DNA of 32,802 nucleotides, taken from the sequence record SRR31156797_6926, one strand, 5' to 3'. Positions 8,576 to 17,357 of this stretch are shown in pieces. The notes beneath the pieces are model-generated. The model did no database searches. It saw only the letters and a list, made by a program, of their open reading frames with translations, and was not told where the DNA came from. Both the position numbers and the translations under genes were made by a program. Each line of letters starts with the position of its first letter. The stretch's first letter is position 1.

Positions 8576-9433
8576 CTAAGATGGCTGCGTTTCAAAAGCT
8601 ACAATGCCAAGTAATCCCGGTCCAGTGTGCATACCAAGAACAGGACTAACCTGAGTAATATACGATGCACCAATATTTAATTTGTCCTTTAATGAATTTA
8701 GCAGATTTTTAGCTCCCTCTAATTGTGTACCGTGGACTACAGCAATTGTTATCTCCTTATTTTGATAGCGTTCTTTGATTTCCTCAATCATCGTATTAAT
8801 ACTCTTTTTGAATCCTTTACCTTTCTTAACTGTATAGTAAACACCTTCGTCATTTACAGCGATAATTGGTTTTATGTTCAGGAGATTACCAACCGTGCCT
8901 TCAACTTTTCCTATACGTCCTCCTTTGCGCAGATAATCCAAGGTATTAAGCACAAACATTACACTCATAGACTGGCGAACATGATTAATTCTTTGTTTAG
9001 CCTTTGCTATGTCTCCTGTTTCTTTAATGACTTTTGCAGCCTCCATTACCAAGAAACCTAAGCCCATAGAAAGTGAAGTTGAATCAATTACTTCAATATT
9101 TAGTTTCGTATATTCCATTGCCAGCAGACGAATTAGATTGTATGATCCGCTTAAACCTGCTGAGATAGAAATATAAAGGATATCCGTATAGCCTTCATCT
9201 ACTATTTTGTCTAGTATTTTTTTTACATCTTCAGGAAGCGGTAAACTGCTTTTTGGAATTTCCTGTTTTAGAAGATCAAATACCTTTTCGGAAGTAATCT
9301 CCATTCTGTCTCTATAGCTTCTTGTAGAATATACAATTTGCATAGGTACTAGAAATATGTTATTTATTTTTAGCATTTCATCAGACAAATCACATGTGGT
9401 GTCTGTAACGATAGCGATTTTCTTATTTTTCAT
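8576..9433 (-). CDS. DegV family fatty-acid-binding protein
   Basis: Motifs 'IVTDTTCDL', 'SAGLSGSY', 'LDYLRKGGRIG', 'IKPII' and 'HTGPG'. Confidence 0.95.
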   Translation of the reverse strand: MKNKKIAIVTDTTCDLSDEMLKINNIFLVPMQIVYSTRSYRDRMEITSEKVFDLLKQEIPKSSLPLPEDVKKILDKIVDEGYTDILYISISAGLSGSYNLIRLLAMEYTKLNIEVIDSTSLSMGLGFLVMEAAKVIKETGDIAKAKQRINHVRQSMSVMFVLNTLDYLRKGGRIGKVEGTVGNLLNIKPIIAVNDEGVYYTVKKGKGFKKSINTMIEEIKERYQNKEITIAVVHGTQLEGAKNLLNSLKDKLNIGASYITQVSPVLGMHTGPGLLGIVAFETQPS

Positions 9434-10284
9434 AGTTATAATTTCCTTAATATATTATTATGTATACAACACTATATAGTATAGTAGACTACATAACGAA
9501 ATGTTAACATAGTAATATGTAAAAATCAATACGATAATGTTAATTGAAAGTGAAGTAATTTTGTCATAAATGTGAAATATTATGACAAAAAAATGATAAA
9601 AAAGTTTAAATTTAATTAATAGATTAATAGTTTTAGTGTGATTTGTTCATGTCTTATTGACTTTTACCATCCAGAGAATAATACTATATGTGAGCTGCTT
9701 ATATTATTATAATATATTTTATTATTAATATTTTCTAATGCGTTTTGTAATTATTAATTTAAGTTAATAAAGTTATTTTGGAGCATAATATATAAGAGAT
9801 TATATAACACTGATTATCATTAGAATAAATTCATTTTTATTTAGAGGTAATCGACTTGTATAGATTGCTTTTTAAGTTTTGGTGCAGGTAATATTGTAAT
9901 GCAGTAATTTACCAAATAAAATAAGCAGGAAAGCCAGAATAATTAGGAAATGTATACATTTAAGGTATTTTTAAGGTAAATAACTATAATATATACTGAT
10001 AAACTATATTGATTAATACGAAGAATGAAAATAATCAAAGAAAAATGGAAAGCATTAGATAAATATGGTAATATAGTCAATGTTGTAATTTAGAGATGAG
10101 CTAAATCAGAAATTATATACTATACGTATAGTAATTGATAATTTAGACTTTAATATTATTATTATAAGTTATTTCAGAAATACAGAAAAATATAAAAACT
10201 TAACTATCATGCAAGGTAAGTAACTAATTATTATTTTATTAATTAAATTGATTAGATTGGACAAAGAAAAGAGAGGGCATCAAA

Positions 10285-10956
10285 GTGGATTGCATACAAA
10301 CCACAGTAATTAATAGAGAGCAACTGAGTGAAATATTGGAAGATTTCGATGTAAGCGGAGGAATGTATCATAAACTGGAAAACTACAATATTTATCTCAG
10401 TATTCTAAATAAATTTCGTACGAAAAACACTGGATATTTTACTCGTTTGAATAAAATTATCAAGGCAGATGATATCGAACGTGCTACTACAGATATACAT
10501 ACTTTTAAAGGCGTAGTAGGAATGATAGGGGCTGTTTCTTTGTACAAAAAAGTAGTTAGTATTGAGAGTAAACTTAAAAATAATGATATTAATGGAATTT
10601 TTGTAATGATAGATGATGCATCTTTTAATTTAGACAGAATTATGAAGCAGATAATAAGTTTGGATAGTTATATAAGTAAAATTAAGGTAAGTGAGAAAAA
10701 ATTGGGGAAAATCTGTGTTGATCATTTTCTGAATTTATTAGATGAATTAAATGCACTGCTGATGGATGGAAATACTAAAGCTGACGATATATGCAATGAA
10801 ATTTTAAGATATGACTTATGCAACGATATACTTGATGATATGAAGAAAGTTCAGGATAGTATAAGCGATTTTGAATTTGACATAGCCAGTGAAATATGTA
10901 CTGACATAAAGTCAAACATATTTTCAATGAAGGATAAGGTAATAAAATATGGATAA
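10285..10956 (+). CDS. Stand-alone Hpt (histidine phosphotransfer) domain protein
   Basis: Hpt motif 'HTFKGVVGMIGA'; helical C-terminal part resembling hybrid-kinase tails; GAGAGG RBS with GTG start; overlaps the next gene. Confidence 0.8.
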   Translation: MDCIQTTVINREQLSEILEDFDVSGGMYHKLENYNIYLSILNKFRTKNTGYFTRLNKIIKADDIERATTDIHTFKGVVGMIGAVSLYKKVVSIESKLKNNDINGIFVMIDDASFNLDRIMKQIISLDSYISKIKVSEKKLGKICVDHFLNLLDELNALLMDGNTKADDICNEILRYDLCNDILDDMKKVQDSISDFEFDIASEICTDIKSNIFSMKDKVIKYG

Positions 10957-11962
10957 AAAAAAGATTTTAATAGTAGATGATGTTACTGAGAACATAATAA
11001 TGCTCAATGGAATATTAAAGCCTACATATGATATATATGTGGCAAAAAGCGGGAAATCAGCACTTGCATCTGTAGAAAAAAATAAACCTGATTTAATACT
11101 TCTAGATGTCATGATGCCGGAAATGGATGGCTATGAAGTATGTAGAATATTAAAATCTAATCCTAAGACTAGTAAGATTCCAGTAATTTTTGTAACTGCT
11201 ATGGATCATGACAAAGATGAACTCAAAGGATTTGGCTTAGGTGCTATTGATTATCTTACAAAACCGGTACATCCATCTATTGTAAGAGCTAGAGTAAGCA
11301 CGCATTTACAATTGCAGGAGCAAAAAAACGAATTGGAAGCAAAAGTACTTGAGAGAACGGATGAGATTGATAAGACAAGGAGATTGATAATTCAAAAGCT
11401 TAGTATGGCAGCTGAGTATAAAGATAAAGACACTGCATCCCATATTATGAGAATGAGCAAGTACTGCTATGAAATAGCAAAGGCATATGGCTTTGAGGAA
11501 AATGAATGTAATCTGATATTGAATGCAGCACCGATGCATGACATTGGGAAAATAGGAATTCCTGATGATATTCTTCATAAAAAAGAAGAATTGACAGATA
11601 GAGAAAAGGAAATCTTCCAGCAGCATTGTGAAATCGGAGCAGTAATCTTAGGTGAAGTAGAGACAGAATTGCTAAAAGTAGCACATATAATAACTATGCA
11701 GCATCATGAAAAATACGATGGCACAGGCTATCCTAATGGATTAAAAGGCGATGAAATAGATATTTATGCTAGAATAGCTTCAGTTGCAAATGTATTTGAT
11801 TCTTTGGTTTTCGGCGGAGAATTCACTAAGCCGACAACAAAAGAAAAAGCAATAGAGTATATTAAAAGGAACTCAGGAACGGCATTTGATCCAATTGTTA
11901 TAAATGCATTTAACTCGGCTAAAGATAGTATACTAGAAATAGTTGAAGAGTATGGACAATAA
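10949..11962 (+). CDS. Response regulator with REC + HD-GYP domain (RpfG family)
   Basis: REC motifs 'ILIVDD', 'DLILLDVMMP' and 'DYLTKP'; HD-GYP motifs 'HDIGKIGIPD' and 'HHEKYDGTGYP'. Confidence 0.93.
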   Translation: MDKKKILIVDDVTENIIMLNGILKPTYDIYVAKSGKSALASVEKNKPDLILLDVMMPEMDGYEVCRILKSNPKTSKIPVIFVTAMDHDKDELKGFGLGAIDYLTKPVHPSIVRARVSTHLQLQEQKNELEAKVLERTDEIDKTRRLIIQKLSMAAEYKDKDTASHIMRMSKYCYEIAKAYGFEENECNLILNAAPMHDIGKIGIPDDILHKKEELTDREKEIFQQHCEIGAVILGEVETELLKVAHIITMQHHEKYDGTGYPNGLKGDEIDIYARIASVANVFDSLVFGGEFTKPTTKEKAIEYIKRNSGTAFDPIVINAFNSAKDSILEIVEEYGQ

Positions 11963-12025
11963 CTCTTGTATGATTTCAAATATATTGATATTATGATATA
12001 ATACCTATGTTATAAGGAGGTCATA

Positions 12026-12427
12026 ATGTCACAGCCACGCAGATCAAATGGTAGAAAGAATTATTTCAGAAACCCATCAGTAGCTCCAAAACGTGCGAAA
12101 GAACCCTCAAAAGAAGGCAGAATTTCTCTAAATGCATTAGGGAATAAAAGGGCGTTCTTTATTTTTTTGCTGTGCTTTTTACTGTTAGTTGTGTTCTTTA
12201 CGTCTTTATATATTAGGAATGTTAGAACATTACATGAATTACAGCAAACTAGAGATGAGCTGATGGTTGAAAAGCAAAATCTTATTTTAACTAATCAGGA
12301 ATTGAAAGAAGTTTACGGATTTATAAATACTAAAGAGTATATAATATATATGGCTAGAAAACTATTAGGATGGGTTATGCCAGATGATGAAAAATACACT
12401 TTAGTACCAGAAGGGGAATCGAATTAA
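12026..12427 (+). CDS. divIC: Septum formation initiator family protein (FtsB/DivIC)
   Basis: Basic N-terminus, single TM, coiled coil and 'EYI...ARKLLGWVMPDD'; AAGGAGG RBS. Confidence 0.8.
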   Translation: MSQPRRSNGRKNYFRNPSVAPKRAKEPSKEGRISLNALGNKRAFFIFLLCFLLLVVFFTSLYIRNVRTLHELQQTRDELMVEKQNLILTNQELKEVYGFINTKEYIIYMARKLLGWVMPDDEKYTLVPEGESN

Positions 12428-13075
12428 ATGTCAAAATTGTATTATAGGTATGCAGTAATGGGAGCAGGCAAATCAACTCAGCTTCTGCAGATAGCATATG
12501 ATTATGAGAAAAATAATAATAAGAGAATATTGTGCCTAAAACCTAAATCAGATACAAAAGGTGACAATTATATTGTAAGCAGATTAGAGGATGGTACTAT
12601 AAAAAGAGAGTGCGACTTCCTGATTGAATCCCAAGAAAACTGGCTGTATTCTACGCTGGAGAGCTGGATAAGTTTATCCATTACAGAAGGTAATCCAATT
12701 AAATTAATACTTATTGATGAATCCCAGTTTATGTCAAAAGATAATGTATGGGATTTGGCAAGAGTAGTAACCTATTTAGATGTGCCTGTAATCTGTTTTG
12801 GTTTAAAGGTAGATGCGCTGGGCGAGCCGTTTATCGGCAGTACTCATCTATTTGCTTTAGCTCAGGATATTGAGGAAGTTACAACCAGAGCTATTTGCAG
12901 AATTTCAAAAAGACCTAAAAAGGCAACAATGCAGATACGATATGTTGATGGCAAGGCTGTATTTGAGGGAGAACAAGTAGTTATTGAAAACAACGTTGAC
13001 GTTGTATACGAGCCAGTATCTTTGACAGAATATATTAGGATAAGGGACAAAACTTTTGGGAAAAAACAAGACTGA
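12428..13075 (+). CDS. tdk: Thymidine kinase (TK1-like)
   Basis: P-loop 'MGAGKST', plus 'LIDESQF', 'PVICFGL..D' and 'F.GS..LFALA'. Confidence 0.93.
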   Translation: MSKLYYRYAVMGAGKSTQLLQIAYDYEKNNNKRILCLKPKSDTKGDNYIVSRLEDGTIKRECDFLIESQENWLYSTLESWISLSITEGNPIKLILIDESQFMSKDNVWDLARVVTYLDVPVICFGLKVDALGEPFIGSTHLFALAQDIEEVTTRAICRISKRPKKATMQIRYVDGKAVFEGEQVVIENNVDVVYEPVSLTEYIRIRDKTFGKKQD

Positions 13076-13673
13076 CAGAAATGAACTTAAAAAGAATAAC
13101 GATTACTCAAAACTAAAAACACTTTTTTTCATTTGCCTGAGATTGGGAGCATTTACTTTTGGCGGCGGTTATGCAATGTTTCCGCTGATGGAGAAAGAAT
13201 ATGTTGATAATCGTAAATGGTTCAATGATGATGAAATGATTGATATATTAGCAATTTCACAATCATTACCAGGGATGATATCAATAAATGCATGTATCTT
13301 AATTGGGTACAGAGTATGTGGTGCTTTAGGTTCAATCATTGCTGTTTTGGGGCTGTCTTTGCCGTCACTTGTTGTCATGTCAATAGTTTCATATTTTTAT
13401 GTTCAGTTTAGTTCAAATGAATATGTACTAGCTGCCTTGAAGGGTATAAGAGTAGCTGTAATAGCATTGCTGGTGCAGGCAGTAATTAAACTAGGTAAAC
13501 CGGGAGTCAAAGGAGCTTTTGGATGGATTATGGCAATTGCTGCATTCTTGCTCTCTATTTTATCTTCAGTTCATTTGATATTTATTATTTTATCCAGCGC
13601 AGTAATTGGAATTATATATACTTATATCAAGGAGAAAAACGACCTTAATACAGTAGAGGAGGGGAACAAGTAA
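13056..13673 (+). CDS. chrA: Short-chain chromate transporter (CHR), first half
   Basis: Motifs 'GAFTFGGGYAM' and 'SQSLPG.ISIN'. The TTG start is uncertain. Confidence 0.9.
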   Translation: MGKNKTDRNELKKNNDYSKLKTLFFICLRLGAFTFGGGYAMFPLMEKEYVDNRKWFNDDEMIDILAISQSLPGMISINACILIGYRVCGALGSIIAVLGLSLPSLVVMSIVSYFYVQFSSNEYVLAALKGIRVAVIALLVQAVIKLGKPGVKGAFGWIMAIAAFLLSILSSVHLIFIILSSAVIGIIYTYIKEKNDLNTVEEGNK

Positions 13674-14251
13674 TGCTTTTGAAAATGCTTTTTACCTTCT
13701 TTAAAATAGGATTATTCACTATAGGAGGCGGTTATGCAATGATACCGCTTATATCCCAATATTTAACGGATAATAATTGGATGACAACTAGTGAGATTGC
13801 TGATATAATAGCCATTGCGAAAATGACACCTGGACCTTTTGCTGTAAATACTGCAACCTTTTCGGGGATGAAGTTGTTTGGAGTTTTAGGTGCAGTTGCA
13901 TGTACTATCGGGGTTATACTTCCCTCATTAATTATTACAATTATCGTAGCAAAATTTTTCTTTAATTTTGGAAAGCACAAAATAGTACAGGGAGCATTAG
14001 CAGGCATCAGACCTACTGTAGTAGCACTTATTGCTAGTGCGATAATATCAGTTTCACTAATTACTTTATTTAAGGTAAGTGAATTATCCCAAGTATTATC
14101 AGGGCTTAATAATCTGGATGCATTTTCAGTTATCATCTTGATTGTTAGTTTATACTTGTTAATAAGAAGAAAAGCACATCCGATCTTTGTTATAGCTTTA
14201 TCTGGAGTGATTTCAATTGTGATGTATATGTTTATTCCCAATATGTTTTGA
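13673..14251 (+). CDS. chrA: Short-chain chromate transporter (CHR), second half
   Basis: Motifs 'FFKIGLFTIGGGYAM' and 'MTPGPFAVNTAT'; TAATG stop-start coupling. Confidence 0.92.
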   Translation: MLLKMLFTFFKIGLFTIGGGYAMIPLISQYLTDNNWMTTSEIADIIAIAKMTPGPFAVNTATFSGMKLFGVLGAVACTIGVILPSLIITIIVAKFFFNFGKHKIVQGALAGIRPTVVALIASAIISVSLITLFKVSELSQVLSGLNNLDAFSVIILIVSLYLLIRRKAHPIFVIALSGVISIVMYMFIPNMF

Positions 14252-14383
14252 TTTGTTTAATTAATGTAATATTTTTAATATAGTCGCATTATTTAAAAAT
14301 ATTTAATTTAAACAGATTATATTTATCTTATAGCATGTGTATAATTTATAATTTGTGATATAATTTATATTGAGGTGAAAAAT

Positions 14384-14671
14384 ATGAACGCAGAAGATTT
14401 TATTACCCTTCATGATGAAGAAGGCAATCAGATAGATTTAGCAATACTTGAATATTTCCTTTTGGATGGTCAGGAATATGTACTGTTGTCTGATATGCAG
14501 GAAAATGAACAAGGAAAAAATACCATTGATATCTTTGTGATGCAGGTAAATATTCTAGATGACGATACAGAGGAATTTGTTAATATTGATACGGAAAACG
14601 AGGATGAAGTCTATAGCTATGTAGAGAGTTTAATCAATGGTGCTGTAGATGATCCTGGTGAGTTTTACTAA
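14384..14671 (+). CDS. DUF1292 family acidic protein
   Basis: Motif 'ITLHDEEGN...F.LDGQEYVLL'; GAGGTG RBS before ATG 14384. Confidence 0.8.
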   Translation: MNAEDFITLHDEEGNQIDLAILEYFLLDGQEYVLLSDMQENEQGKNTIDIFVMQVNILDDDTEEFVNIDTENEDEVYSYVESLINGAVDDPGEFY

Positions 14672-14698
14672 AGATTACCGAATAAGGCGACTGATAAT

Positions 14699-15325
14699 AT
14701 GAACGTAACGCTGCAAAATGTACCAGCAGATAAAGCTGATAGAATAATAAATGCTTGCTTGGAAGAATTCTCAAGGCTTGGTTTTGAAAATTCATCTACT
14801 AATACTATTGTAGAAAAAGCTGGTATCTCAAAAGGACTGCTGTATCATTATTTTGGCAGCAAGGAAAAACTATATAAATTAATTGAGGAATATTCAATTG
14901 AAATTGCATATAAGCAGTTAGTGGACAAGATTGACTGGACCATATCGGACATTTATATCCGTATTAAGCAGTATTGTCAGATAAAAATTGATATTGCAAG
15001 AAAACATCCTTATATCTTTAAATTTGTTCAGAAAATGAAATATGAAAGGGGAGAGGAGCAATTTAGAGAATATATTGCTAGTATTTCTCCTATGATATTT
15101 GATAATATGATGACATACAATGTTGATTTTACTAAGTTCGATGATAGCATTAATATAAAATATTCAATAAATATTATACAATGGACAATTGACCACTACG
15201 TAAATGACGCAATTGAGGATATTATTCATAAAGGTGACTGCAAAGAGGATGAAGTCTGGCATAATGTCGATGAATATATTGGAATTCTAAAAAAAGCATT
15301 TTATAAACCAGCATTTAAAATTTAG
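14699..15325 (+). CDS. TetR/AcrR family transcriptional regulator
   Basis: HTH 'GFENSSTNTIVEKAGISKGLLYHYFGSKEKLY'. Confidence 0.93.
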   Translation: MNVTLQNVPADKADRIINACLEEFSRLGFENSSTNTIVEKAGISKGLLYHYFGSKEKLYKLIEEYSIEIAYKQLVDKIDWTISDIYIRIKQYCQIKIDIARKHPYIFKFVQKMKYERGEEQFREYIASISPMIFDNMMTYNVDFTKFDDSINIKYSINIIQWTIDHYVNDAIEDIIHKGDCKEDEVWHNVDEYIGILKKAFYKPAFKI

Positions 15326-15334
15326 TATTATTTC

Positions 15335-15369
15335 CAAACAAGGTTGACCTTAGTGGTCAATCTTGTTTG
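15335..15369. terminator. Hairpin terminator between convergent genes
   Basis: CAAACAAGGTTGACC-ttagt-GGTCAATCTTGTTTG, a 15-bp stem with one G-U pair. Confidence 0.8.
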
Positions 15370-15405
15370 ATTATTGAGAAATTTTAAATGACTAATATAC
15401 CGTAT

Positions 15406-15711
15406 TTAGTGGATAAATAGCATTGCTGGTGATATCTTTAGCCGTACTCCATCAGGTTCGGCATAATAGAATCCTACGAATGATGGAGGTTTATTTTGTC
15501 TGACAATTTGCTTTGCTCTTTCAAAATCTTCATAGTCAAATGCAGCTGACAAACCACAACCGATTTTTATTTCATGTGGGGTGTTCATTACCCTAGCTTT
15601 AGCTCCATGTGCATTTAGTTCCTTTATAAACAGCAAGACCTGCTGTCTAGAGCGAAATGCACCAATAATAAAGTCTCTGTTCATTGTACCTATACTTATT
15701 GTTTCTTTCAT
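15406..15711 (-). CDS. DUF3343 family protein (putative S/Se carrier-like)
   Basis: Motif 'F.S.......K.L.......TP.EI..GCGLS'. Start is either 15711 or 15684. Confidence 0.8.
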   Translation of the reverse strand: MKETISIGTMNRDFIIGAFRSRQQVLLFIKELNAHGAKARVMNTPHEIKIGCGLSAAFDYEDFERAKQIVRQNKPPSFVGFYYAEPDGVRLKISPAMLFIH

Positions 15712-15786
15712 TTCTATCACCAATTTTTTAAGTTTTAATATAATATATTATACTTTAGATTTTTTTGTGTATGAAGGGATAATCCT

Positions 15787-16914
15787 ATGATATATTTAGA
15801 TAATGCTGCAACTTCATTTCCTAAACCTGATATAGTAAAAGAAGCCGCAGTCAGGGCAATGAGTAAGTGCGCTAATCCTGGACGAAGCGGTCATAAATTA
15901 GCTTTGACTGGTGGGAATGTTATTCTTGAAGCGAGACTTAGGCTAGGTAAATTTTTTAATGTGAATGACCCTACCAGCTTTGTATTTACTTTAAACTGTA
16001 CTGACGCATTGAATATGGCAATAAAGGGAGTACTGAAAAAAGGCGATCATGTAGTTACCACCGCTCTGGAGCATAATTCTGTTCTGCGGCCTCTTCATAC
16101 TCTAAATAGCTGTGGCTATATAAGCTATACAATTGTTCTTCCGGACAAAAATGGCATTATTCAAAGTGATAATATTATTTCATCTATAAATCCTCATACT
16201 AGATTAGTAGTTGTAACTAATGCATCCAATGTGTTGGGAAGGGTTCAACCTATAAAAGAAATTATCAAAGCTTGTCATGAGAGGAATATTCTCGTCTTAG
16301 TGGATGGGGCACAAGCTGCAGGTAAGTGTAGGATTGATTTAAATGACATACAGGCTGATTTATATGCATTTCCAGGTCATAAGGGACTGCTGGGAACAAT
16401 GGGCTGTGGTGTGCTTTTTGTGTCTCCTAAAGTTGGTATTATATCAACTAGACAGGGAGGAACAGGGTCAATGAGCATGTGTCTGTATCAACCTAATGAT
16501 ATGCCTGACAAATTAGAAAGCGGTACACCAGCAGTTGACGCTGTGGCTGCACTGGCAGCAGGCGTTTATCTGGTGGATAATTATTACGACAAATTTAAAA
16601 AAAATGTTAGTGCGCTGAATAAATATCTTCACTCAGAATTAGCTAGAAATAATAAAATTGTTCTGTATTCCACAAGTAACCAGACAGGAGTTGCAACATT
16701 TAATGTAGAAAATACACCATCGTATATTGTAAGTGAATATCTGAGTGAGAATAATATTGCATGTAGAGCAGGTTACCATTGTGCACCGCTTTGCCATAAA
16801 TATATGGGAACAGTAGAGCAGGGAGCTATCAGGTTCAGCATTGGTCCGTTCAATACAAAAAGAGACATCGATTACGCCATTGACTGTTTACGTAAATATA
16901 CAAATAGATTATAA
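15787..16914 (+). CDS. Class V PLP aminotransferase, cysteine desulfurase family
   Basis: Motifs 'IYLDNAATSFPKP', 'EHNSVLRP', PLP-Lys 'FPGHKG', 'ESGTP' and catalytic 'RAGYHCAP'. Confidence 0.93.
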   Translation: MIYLDNAATSFPKPDIVKEAAVRAMSKCANPGRSGHKLALTGGNVILEARLRLGKFFNVNDPTSFVFTLNCTDALNMAIKGVLKKGDHVVTTALEHNSVLRPLHTLNSCGYISYTIVLPDKNGIIQSDNIISSINPHTRLVVVTNASNVLGRVQPIKEIIKACHERNILVLVDGAQAAGKCRIDLNDIQADLYAFPGHKGLLGTMGCGVLFVSPKVGIISTRQGGTGSMSMCLYQPNDMPDKLESGTPAVDAVAALAAGVYLVDNYYDKFKKNVSALNKYLHSELARNNKIVLYSTSNQTGVATFNVENTPSYIVSEYLSENNIACRAGYHCAPLCHKYMGTVEQGAIRFSIGPFNTKRDIDYAIDCLRKYTNRL

Positions 16915-16948
16915 TGAAATTATATTTATAGTAAAGGTTAGGTATAAA

Positions 16949-17281
16949 ATGAATATACAGATTTTTGGTAAGAAGAAGTGTTTTGATACGAAAAAGGCTG
17001 AACGCTATTTCAAGGAGCGCAGAATAAAATATCAATATATAGATATACTGGATAAGGGATTGAGCAAGGGTGAATACAGAAGCGTTTCTCAGGCTGTAGG
17101 AGGCTTCGAAAATATTGTTGATAAAGATCATAAGGATTATTATATGATTGAGCACTATGGCAGTGAACAGAAATTGGACAAGCTGATGGAAATGCCCAAG
17201 CTATACAAAACACCTATTGTGAGAAATGGTAAAAAAGCAACAATCGGCTACCAGCCTGATGTATGGAAAACATGGGATTAG
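16949..17281 (+). CDS. ArsC/Spx-like thioredoxin-fold protein
   Basis: Motifs 'IQIFGKKKCFDTKKAERYF' and 'PKLYKTPIVRNG'; AGGT RBS before ATG 16949. Confidence 0.85.
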   Translation: MNIQIFGKKKCFDTKKAERYFKERRIKYQYIDILDKGLSKGEYRSVSQAVGGFENIVDKDHKDYYMIEHYGSEQKLDKLMEMPKLYKTPIVRNGKKATIGYQPDVWKTWD

Positions 17282-17321
17282 ATATATTTTGATATACATA
17301 GCTTATATGGATATCTTGTAA

Positions 17322-17350
17322 TTGACATAGTAATTTCATTAATATATACT
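17322..17350 (+). promoter_or_regulatory. Sigma-A promoter of the GT2-DUF2304 operon
   Basis: TTGACA-N17-TATACT. Confidence 0.7.
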
Positions 17351-17357
17351 TTGAAAT

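Noticed and set aside
9434-10284. c-di-GMP riboswitch or oriC upstream of the HD-GYP operon
   Set aside because: No GEMM-I/II consensus was recognisable and no cluster of TTATCCACA DnaA boxes was seen.
13732-14241. 169-aa antisense ORF, and similar ones at 2542, 4766, 4837, 8723, 11306, 22184, 28182 and 30127
   Set aside because: Shadow ORFs opposite well-supported genes, without SD or recognisable motifs.
16841-16948. Extended N-terminus of the ArsC-like ORF
   Set aside because: It overlaps the desulfurase gene. Family similarity and SD begin at ATG 16949.
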